From positions 95,976,001-96,040,000 of the forward strand of contig OX597824.1 in NCBI GenBank assembly GCA_951406725.2: a stretch of 64,000 bases of DNA. Reading direction: 5' to 3'. Made by a program: the position numbers and the translations under genes. The notes beneath the pieces were generated by a model, which was not told where the DNA came from, did no database searches, and saw only the letters and a program-made list of their open reading frames with translations. This document shows, one piece after another, positions 53,451-64,000 of this stretch (its first letter is position 1; every line of letters begins with the position of its first letter). The DNA comes from Octopus vulgaris. Taxonomy: Eukaryota.

Positions 53451-54327
53451 ATGATGATGATAATAATAATAACAATAATAATAATCCTTTCTACTAAAGG
53501 CACAAGGCCTGAAATTTTGGGGGAAGGCAATAGTTGATTGCCTAATCTACTCTCAGGTAATAATAATGATGATGATGATGATTTCAAATTTTGCCACATG
53601 GGCAGTCAAAATGGTTTGAGGTGGGGAGTGGGGGGAGAAAGGTAACTGAAAAGGCTGGGTGGGAGATGTAGTATGTACCTATTCTGCTCTCAGGTGATAA
53701 TAATAATGATGTTTCAAATTTTGGGGGAGGGGATGAGTTGATTCCACTGACCCCAGTGTTTCACTGGTACTTAATCTATTGGTCCTGAAAGGATGAAAAG
53801 CAAAGTCCACTTTGGCAGAAATTGAACTCAGAACATAAAAGACTGATGAAAATGCCACAAAGCATTTTGTCAGGTGAGTTAACGATTCTGCGAGTTTGTC
53901 ACCTAATAAAAATAGGAGTGGCTGTGTGGTAAGTAGCTTGCTTACAAACCACATGCTTCTGGGTTCAGTCCCACTGCATGGTACCTTGGACAAGTGTTTT
54001 CTACTATAGCCTTGGGCCGACCAAAGCCTTGTGAGTGGATTTGAAAGAAGCCTGTCGTTATATATGTATGTATGTATGTATGTATATGTGTATGTAGGTA
54101 TGTGTGTGTGTGTGTATGTTTGTGTGTATATGTTTGTCCCCCCAACATCGCTTGACAAATGATGCTGGTGTGTTTACATCCTTGTAACTTAGCGATTCGG
54201 CAAAAAGAGACCAATAGAATAAGTACTAGGTTTACAAAGAATAAGTCCTGGGGTCGATTTGCTTGGCTAATGGCGGTGCTCCCGCATGGCCACAGCCAAA
54301 TGACTGAAACTAGTAAAAGAAAGAATA

Positions 54328-54708
54328 TAACAAGAGCACTCAGAGAGTGCAGACCTCTGCCAATGCAATACCAATGTCCTCTCAACAATTAGCCAGAGAT
54401 TATTTTTTAAAATGGGAATATCTGAAATAAACTCAACTGCTCTCACAAACGAGAATACTAAAAATGAATCCGACCGCTCTCAAAAATTAAGCAAAAAAGA
54501 CAAAAAACAAACCAGAAAAATAATCCAGAATCCTTGTCCGGTACCAGGTCAATCCCAAAATCTAATCAGTTCTTGCCAGTCACGAGGCCAAACATCCCTG
54601 GAAGTTTCATCTGAATCCATCCAGTGGTTCTTGAGATATCTTGTCCATGGACAAAAAAAACAAACACGACTGAAACAATACCTCCACCTTCAAAAAGGCA
54701 GAAGTAAT
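54328..54708. mobile_element. Helentron-associated (DINE-1/HINE-like) element
   Basis: taacaagagc...acctctgcc at one end and acctcc...ggcagaagtaa (subterminal IR plus short hairpin) at the other; core aagtttcatc.gaatcc.tccagtggttcttgagatat. Confidence 0.55.
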
Positions 54709-57700
54709 AATAATTTGGAAATAAAATTTCTGCAACTGGAGGTGAAAATCACCAAGAGACTGACTTCTTCAAAAGAAATTTCCTACGTTTACTCCTCAGC
54801 AGTAGCAGACTGGGGTTCAATTCGCTGCTGCGAGAATTCTAAGGCGGCAAGCTGGCCGAAACGTTAGCACGCCGGGCGAGATGCTTAGCGGTATTTCATC
54901 TGCCGCCACGTTGTGAGTTCAAATTCCACCGTGGTCGACTTTGCCTTTCATCCTTTCGGGATCGATTAAATAAGTACCAGTTACGCACTGGGGTTGATAT
55001 AATCGACTTAATCCGTGTGTCTGTCCTTGTTTGTTCCCTCTGTGTGTAGCCCCTTGTGGGCAGTAAAGAAATAAATTCTCCACTGGTGGGGGTGAAATGC
55101 ACTTTAATAGAAGTGCCCCAGCATGATCACAGCCTCTGGCTGAATGGGATAAAAGAACGATAACAGAATAATTACCGTGTTTTAAAAGTGTTATGCTACT
55201 TATTTAACAGAGAAGATAGTTGAGAACTTGCAAATGACTTAGTAAGTCATAACAGAACTGTCCTATTTCTGTGTATCTGGGTGGAACATAAAATATTTGA
55301 TAAAAAAAAAACCCTCCTCAACTTGTGCATTCATATCTTATCATATACATAATGTAGGTTTAACACAAGAGGACTGGCCCTAGTGAGAAGAGCATGTACA
55401 ATTGTTTGTGATTCAAATCACAATCAGGTGCAGGGATGGACGTGTGGTTGAGAAGTTTGCTTCATAACCATGAGGTCTTGGGGTCAGTCCTGTTGTGTGG
55501 AACCTTGGGCAAGTGTCTTTTACAACAGACTATGCCCCAGGTCAACCAAAGCCATGTGAGTGGATTTGGTACACAGAAACTGAGGGCCCCACTGTGGAGC
55601 GTGTGTGTGTGCGTGCATATGCATGTGTGTCTGTCTTAACATCACTGATGCTTATAAAGGAGAATTGAACAAAATTTAAAACCAATATTTCCCTTGGCTC
55701 TTTACATTCTGAGTTCAAATCTAGCTGAGGTCAATGCTGCCTTTCATCCTTCCAGGGTCAACGAAAGAGGCTCCCAGTCATATGCTGAGGTCAATGGTAT
55801 CCACTAACCCACATCTTCCAAAATTACTGGCCTCATACCTTCATCATCATCACTATCGTTTAACATCCGCTTTCCATGCTGGCATGGGTTGGACAGTTTG
55901 ACTGAGGACTGGCAAGCCAGAGGCTGCACTAGCCTCCAATCTGATCTGGCAAGGTTTCTACAGCTGGATACCTTTCCTAACACCAACCACTCCAAGAGTG
56001 TAGTGGATGCTTTTTACGTGCCACCAGCACAAAGGCCAGTCAGGTGGTACTGGTAACGACTATGCTTGAATGGTGCTTTTTATGTGCCACTAGCAGGACC
56101 ATAGACATTCCAACTTTGACCGTCCCATCCTTCCTCTATGTCCAAGATGACTACATTAAAGGCGGCGAGCTGGCAGAATCATTAGCACGCTGGGCAAAAT
56201 GCGTAGCCGTATTTCATCTGCCGTTATGTTCAGAGTTCAAATTCCGCCGAGGTCAACTTTGCCTTTCATCCTTTCGGGGTCGATAAATTAAGTACCAGTT
56301 ACGCACTGGGGTCGATGTAATCGACTCAATCCTTTTGTCCTCTCTGTGTTTAACCCCTTGTGGATAGTAAAGAAATACAAGATGACTACATTATCCAACG
56401 TGTCCTTCATAATAGTAGGACAGTTGTGGGTGAAGTCTGGCAGGAATTCGGTTGGTGAAGTTGAGCGCACGTTAAGGTTTGCCTGTTTGCTCATTCTTAA
56501 TCATACGACATTCTTTTACTAGTTTCAGACATTTGACTGTGGCCATGCTGGAGCACTGCCTTAGTGGTAAATACTTGATGAAGAGGTACAGGTAAAAAAA
56601 AAAACAACTAAACATGCCAACCAGTATCAAAGAGGCAAAAAAAAAAAAACCCGGAGCTATTTCATGTTGCTGATAACCCTGCAGGGGATCGCAATAACTT
56701 GTAATATTAAGTCTTGTCTAAATATCTCAGGTTTCATTGTCTGTGTGAGAAACCCTTTATTAATGACTTCTTATCAATTTAAAAGTAATATTCTGAAAAA
56801 CTTACTCAATATCTCTCACCCCACTCCTCCTCCTCTTCCTCCTACAGCACACCACCAAAAGAAATTGGATTCTGTCCAGAAAACAGCAGAAGTTCATGTT
56901 AGGAGCATTCCTGACACTTTTACTAGTCTGCCTACCTTTCTCCTGCCCCCCCCCCCCATCTCTCTCTTGTTCTCTCTCTCTCTCTCTCTCCAACTGGGGT
57001 AACCATGTATTATTACCTCTAGCAGCATGACACCCGTTTCTGTCTCCCTGTCATACTCCAACCTCTCGTCATCAGGTGCAAAGCCACCTATTTCAACTTG
57101 TCCCACAGAGGGTCTCTTTGTCTTGCAAGTTACTTGGTGACCTTGCCAGTACTGCCCCCCCCCCCACATAAAAAAATATCCACTCCACTCCGTAAAGGGG
57201 TTGGCATTTGGAAGGGCATCCGGCCATACAAACCATGCCAAAGAAAACCTTGCTGGTGTTTGTGCTATGTAAAAAAGCATCCAGTCCACCCTGTAGAGTG
57301 GTTGGTATTTATTTGGAATGCAAAAACCATGCCAAAGCAGATGTTGCCAGTGCTGGTGCTGCATAAAAAAAACCATCCAGTCCAATCCATAAAGTGGTTG
57401 GCACTAGGAAGGGCATCCAGTTGTAAAAACCATAGCAAAGCAGACCTTGCCAGTGCTGGTGCCACATAAAAACCACCTGGACTGCAAAGTGGTTGGCATT
57501 AGGAAGGGCATCCAGCCATAAAAGCCATGCGAAAGCACACAGTGGAGCTTGGCTCAGTCCTCTGGCTTAACAAGCTCCTGTGACACCATCCAAACCATGC
57601 CAACACTGAATACAGACATTCAATTAATCCTTTCCACTTTCGGCACAAGGCCTGAAATTTGGGGGGAAGGGGGATAGTCAATTAGATTGAACCCCAGTGC

Positions 57701-58184
57701 GTAACTGGTCCTTATTTTAGCAAAAATGAGTAACGCTGCGATGGACTGGTGTCCCATCCAGGTGGGGAATTTCTACACCACTGAAACTGGGAAACCGGCC
57801 CTTATAAGCCTGGCATGGCTCGAGAAGGAACATTTTCTAGGTGGTGCTCCAGCATGGCCGCAGTCAAATGACTGAAACAAGTAAAAGTGTAAAAATGTAT
57901 AGGAAATGTGCAGGTTGAGAAGGGAAATAACTCAGAGAGGCCAGTGGCATGTGTGTGTGTGTGTCTGTCTTTTAATTTACCTATAGGATGATGACACTGA
58001 CGAGGAAAAAAGTTTCACGGGCCGGCCCTCACTCTACCCCTACTTCTCTATAATTTTCTTTGCAGAATAAACACTTGGTGGTAATACAGACAACCAACAG
58101 ACAAGTTCAGGTCATCATAGTATAGCAGTGTGTGTGTGGGGGGGATGTAGGGGTGTTTGTATCCGAATATATTTCTGGACTTTA

Positions 58185-59160
58185 AGGCAGCGAGATGGCA
58201 GAAATGCTAGCACACCGGCGAAGTGCTTAGTGGTATTTCGTCTGTCTTTACGTTCTGAGTTCAAATTCCACAGAGGTCGACTTTACTTTTCATCCTTTCG
58301 GGGTCGATTAAATAAGTACCAGTTACGCACTGGAGTCGATATAATTGACTTAATCTGTTTGTCTGTCCTCTCTGTGTTTAGCCCCTTGTGGGTAATAAAG
58401 AAACAGGTATTTCGTCTGTCTTTACGTTCTGAGTTCAAATTCCACAGATGTCGACTTTGCCTTTCATCCTTTTGGGGTTGATAAATTAAGTACCAGTTAC
58501 ACACTGGGGTCGATGTAATCGATTTAATCCGTTTGTCTGTCCTTGTTTGTTCCCTCTATGTTTAGCCCCTTGTGGGTAATAAAGAAATAAGAAACGTTAG
58601 CATGCTGGGCAAAATGCTTAGCGGTATTTCATCTGCCTTTACGTTCTGAGTTCAAATTCTGCCGAAGTTGATTTTGCCTTTCATCCTTTCAGGGTTGATT
58701 AAATAAGTACAAGTTAGGCACTGGGGTCGATATAATTGACTTAATCTGTTTGTCTGTCCTTGTTTGTCCCCTCTGTGTTTAGCCCCTTGTGGGTAGTAAA
58801 GAAATAGGTATTTTGTCTGCCGCTATGTTCTGAGTTCAAATTCCACCGAGGTCGACTTTGCCTTTCATCATTTCGCAGTCGATAAATTAAGTACCAGTTG
58901 CGTACTGGGATCGATGTAATCGACTTAATCCCTTTCTCTGTCCTTGTTTGTCTCCTCTGTGTTTAGCCCCTTGTGGGTAGTAAAGAAATAGGTATTTCGT
59001 CTGCCGCTACGTTCTGAGTTCAAATCCCTGCCCCCCGAGGTCGACTTTACTTTTTATCCTTTCGGGGTCGATAAATTAAGTACCAGTTGCGTACTAGGGT
59101 CAATCTAATCAACTGGCCCCTTTCCCCAAAAATCTCGAGCGTTGTGCCTAAAGTAGAAAA
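58185..59160 (+). repeat. Head-to-tail array of about 5 SINE family A units
   Basis: Units restart after the ...aaagaaata/aca tail at gtatttcg (most junctions) or agaaacgttagc (one junction). The last unit carries the alternative tail. Confidence 0.85.
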
Positions 59161-60761
59161 GTATATTTCTGGACATTTTCTGAAATAGTTGGGATGTTAA
59201 TTTCATTTATACCGGCGTAAGCACACACACACACACACACTCGTGCGCACAAGCGTGCTGTGTGTATGTGTGTGAGCACGTATCTATGTATATGCTAAGA
59301 GTTAAAGGCTGCACCGCCGCCGTCACCACCACCACCACTACGACTACTACTACTACTATAAACAGCAACTAGACACTACAATAGCTGAAATTGGTTTTTG
59401 TTATTCAATAATCTTTAGCTATAGTAGAGTTACTATCCCCCACTGCAGTAAGAATGAATGGTCGGTTGGCCGGCCGGTCGGTTGGCAAGGTTGTTGGTTG
59501 GTTGGTCGGTCGGTTGGCCGGTTGGTCGATTGGTTGGTTGGTTGGCTGGTTGGTTGGTTGGTTGGTCGGCGGACACTTTTGTGTGAGGGACCAGGCATTT
59601 TCACTTCGCTCTCTGCTGGGATTTATGTTCCATTCATTAAGGAGAGCACGCTACAGGAAAAAAAAGTGTGTCGTTGTCGTAACCCCGCGTGGGTGGGTGT
59701 CAGTGATCAAAGGCAATCCGGCTGCGACCACCCCGTACTATATTTTAAAACAAACATTAGGGATAGATAGATGGATAGATAAATAGACCGACAGACAGAC
59801 AGATAGCCCAACAGACAGACACATAGATAGACAGATAGATAGATAGATAGATAGACCGACAGACAGATAGCTAGATAGACCGACAGATAGATAGATAGAT
59901 AGACCGACAGGCAGATAGCTAGATAGATAGACCGACAGATAGACAGGCAGATAGATAGATAGTTAGACAGACAGATAGATATAAAGCCACATTGTCTAAA
60001 CCTGTCTGCTTTCTTATTTAAAGTAAGACGACGGGCCGTAATACCGAGAGAGAGGTCTGGCTGCTATTTCTAGCAGACTGACTTCGAACCATTAAAGGTT
60101 CCCCTCCTCATAAGCTTCTACGAAATTAAATTCTTCTCTGAGGCACTTTTCACAATACACACCCCACCACCACCACCACCACCACCGCCGCCGCCGCCAA
60201 CACTCTTTTCATTGGTTTCCCTCCTACCAACCCTCTCCCTGTCTGTCTCTCCTCCTCCTCTTCCTCCCACCGTTTTCTAAGTATTTCATGCCTTTTTTTT
60301 CTTCTTACATCAAGGTTATTAAAATCTTCCACCCACCTGCCGGACCCTCAAAACTTAAACAGCACCAGCACACACGCACACAAGTACACGGGCACACACA
60401 CTAACACGCATGCAACAAACGTGAGAGACACTTGTACACTTTGAATGCATAAAACAAGCGCCCACACAGACAGACATTTGAGAAATTGAACAGTTTCACG
60501 CACATAGGTGTGGTTGGTGAATGCCTGCGGGTGTGTATATGTGTGTGTGTGTGTATATATATATATAAGTGTATGTGTGTATATATATGTGTGTGTGTAT
60601 ATATATGTGTGTGTCTATATATGTGTATATATATGTATGTGTGCATAATATATGCATGTATATATGTGTATGTGTGTATATATATATATGTGTATATATG
60701 TACATGTGTATATATATATGTGTGTGTGTATATATGTATGTGTGCATAATATATGCATGTA

Positions 60762-60809
<48 letters not shown>

Positions 60810-61396
60810 TGTATGTATGTGTATATATATATATGCGTGTATGTATATACGTGTGTGTGTGTGTATTGGGTGAAATGCCGTTACGTTCTGAGTTCAAATT
60901 CCGCCGAGGTCGACTTTGCCTTTTATCCTTTCGGGGTCGATAAATTAAGTACCAGTTACGCACTGGGGTCGATGTAATCGACTTAATCCCTTTGTCTGTC
61001 CTTGTTTGTCCCCTCTGTGGGCAATAAAGAAATGTGTGTGTGTGTGAAGATATGCAGACGTGTGTATTAAGACTCGAGTCTTCAACGAGGTACATCTTGG
61101 ATTCATTTATGCGAAGTATAACTTATTGGAGGTACCCCAACTCATAATTACTCCGTGACATAAATACACACACACACGTATATTTATGTGTGTAGGTATA
61201 CTTATATACGTATGTCTATATGTGTGTGTATGTACGCGCGACGGTATGCATGTACATGCTTGTATTATACACCCATCCAGAGGCGCGCGAGGACGGGGCT
61301 CCGTAAAGCTCAACAACTTAGAAGCGAGTACACATCTCAGTCCGTCGAAGCGAACTACAACCTACTGCAAGTGCTTATATACACACGTGTTACAGA

Positions 61397-61434
<38 letters not shown>

Positions 61435-61635
61435 ATTATATTATCTAACATAATTAGTGAGCGACAGTAGAGTGTGAGCAGTAGTTTGTGTGTGTGTTGT
61501 GCGAGCCGAGCCCCCAGCCCCGGCTCCATCTGCTAACAACACTGGCTGGTCTGGTCTGAAAAATCTAACCATATATGTTTATGTTCAGCAGCGAAGGAAC
61601 TCGACGAAGGGAGGGAGGGAGGGAGCAGGCTGCAC

Positions 61636-61698
<63 letters not shown>

Positions 61699-64000
61699 TT
61701 CAGGGAGAATGAATGGCTTCTTTGTAATATCAGGTGTTTTGGAGTGAAGTGATAGGTTCTATGCCGCGTAGTAGGACGAGGGGGAGGGGGGCCATTAGGG
61801 AGCTGATTGCGGTAGGGAGTTTGTTGCTGGGGCGGGGGGGGGAGGCAGGAGGGGGGATTCGAGCGGTGGCGAAAGAGACAGCTTTGAAGAAAGGTTGATG
61901 TGAAGAAGGGTGGATGGAGCGAAGTGGATTTTCGTTGGTTGGTTGGTTGGGTGGAGGAGAAATGTTGCCGAGAAAAATAATTTTGAATATTTAATATTTA
62001 ATAAAATTACACTTGTGTGGAACCACAAACACACACACACACATAAAATGTGTATGTGTGTGTATTTGAACATACATGCATATGTGTGTGTGTAGATAGA
62101 TAGCTAAATGTGTATGTAGATAGATAGATAGATAGATAGATGTGTAACTAGACAGATAAAAAGATAGATAGAGAGATAGATAGGTAGATAGATAGATAGG
62201 GATAAATAGATAGATAGATAGATAGTAGATAGAGAGAGAGATAGGTAGATAGATAGATAGGGATAAATAGATAGATAGATTAGCTGTAAAGCTACATAAG
62301 GCCCTTAATTAAGCTTCAGAGAAGGCACTTGTCAAACTATATATAAATATGCGTGTTTATGTATGTATGTACAAGTTGTATAATTATATGTATATATTAT
62401 TATATTGTGTGCTATAGTAACCTCTGCCCACATGTGGGGGTGTTAAGGGAGAGACCGCATGTGGGAGTGAATGAGACGGTGCATGCGTGACTCAGTAAGT
62501 ACACGTGAGCGGACGTGTCAGTGTCAGTGTGTGTGTGTGTGTGTGTGTGCAAGGCAGTGGAGATGTGACTAAGTAATGTCAGCGTGTATGCGTGAGTGGA
62601 TGTGAATGAGTGTGCAAGAGGGTGTGAGTGAGTGAGTGTGTGTGTGTGTACATGTGTGAGTGTGCCAGGGAGAGGAAAGAGATTGTGTGTGTGTGTGAGA
62701 GAGGGTGCGCGCGACTGCAAGACAGTTGCTGTGTAACTGAGTACGGGGTAGGTGAATGTCTACATGTGAATGGGCGTGTCCACATGGAATGAAAAGCGAG
62801 GTAGTTTTGTGTGTGTGTGGTGGTAGGGGGCACATTGATATTATCACACGTAGGTATTAGCATGACTGTAATTAAGACCATAACTTTCCCAGGGTACTTC
62901 TCTCTCACACACACGCATGCATGCACACACATGCACAGGTAGCCTTTTACTAAGACACTTGCAGCAGGTGAAATATGACTGGTGGCGCCAGTTGAATCAA
63001 CAAGACATCAACACTCACGATGCAAATTAGCAGCGGTCAGGGAGGGAGAATAAAGGGCACCAACGACCTTTAAACCTGCAGAACATAAATCATAACATCC
63101 ATCAATGTTATTGCTAAATGGGTTTTGGCCTTCTGTCCTGCACTGCTTCCGTTCACACCTCTCTCTTTCATTAGGTGTCACACACACACACACAAAAGCT
63201 GATGGGTTGCCTGTGTCTAGGCTTTTGGATAGTGTATCAGTGAAGGGTATCGAGGGCCAAAAACGCTTTTTGAATATCTGGGAGGGCCTTTCTTCTCTTA
63301 GTAAAAAAGAAAGAAAAGAAAAAGAAAGCCATGCATAGTTGTGTGGTTAAGAAGTTTGATTTGCAACCAGGTGGTTTCAGGTGAAGGTGCATGGCTCAGT
63401 GGTTAGAGCGTCGAGCTTACGACCGTGAGGTTGTGAGTTCGAATCCCAAACCGGGCTGCGTGTTGTGTTCTTGAGCAAGACACTTTATTTCACGTTGCTC
63501 CAGTTCACTCAGCTGTAGAAATGAGTTGCAACGTCACTGGTGCCAAGCTGTATCGGCCCCTTTGCTTTTCCCTTGGATAACATCAGTGGCAAGGAGAGGT
63601 GAGGCCGGTATGCATGGGCAACTGCTGGTCTTTCATAAACAACCTTGCCCGAACTTGTGCCTGGGAGGGTAACTTTCTAGGTGCAATCCCATGGTCAGTC
63701 ATGACCGAAGGGGGCCTCAGCAGTTTCAGGTTCAGTCCTACTGCATGGTACCTTGGGCAAATGCCTTTTACTATAGCCAAAGGCCAACCAATCAATGCCT
63801 TATAAGTGAATTTGGTTGACAGCATATCCAGAAAGTTTGCTGCAGGAAAATTTGCATCAGGATTTTTGCCCATAAGAAAATTCACTGCATTGGAAATTTT
63901 GCTGTAAGACAAAAGATGAATCGGTCCCCTTAGTATACAAGTGTTTCAACCAATGAGGAGTAAAACAATTACTTAACTCATTTCAAATTTATTCATTTGA

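Noticed and set aside
54412-54867. 151-aa ORF
   Set aside because: It runs through a HINE-like element into a SINE head; no protein features.

Overview
Eukaryotic, repeat-saturated genomic DNA. The SINE repertoire and the very dense (TA)n/(CA)n/(TAGA)n microsatellites point to an octopus (coleoid cephalopod) genome; this is inferred, not verified. The only host protein-coding gene I can recognise is the 3' end of VPS39 (Vam6, HOPS complex) on the minus strand: exons 40638-40729 and 31304-31388 splice in frame to ...KCVITEEKNCRVCKKRIGNSAFARYPNGVIVHYHC... No further VPS39 exon was found up to the window end. The rest is tRNA-derived SINEs (several families), LINE fragments (L1/Tx1-like 5' part, R4/Dong-like RLE ends, a CR1-like end), MITEs, Helitron-type fragments and microsatellites. 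Nearly all listed ORFs are repeat translations. The most interesting signal is a set of unrelated, mostly palindromic elements, usually set in (TA)n/(TAA)n runs, that carry minimal type-I hammerhead ribozyme motifs near their symmetry centre. One family has a compensatory G3:C8 core (GUGAACA instead of CUGANGA). Repeat boundaries were read by eye and are approximate.
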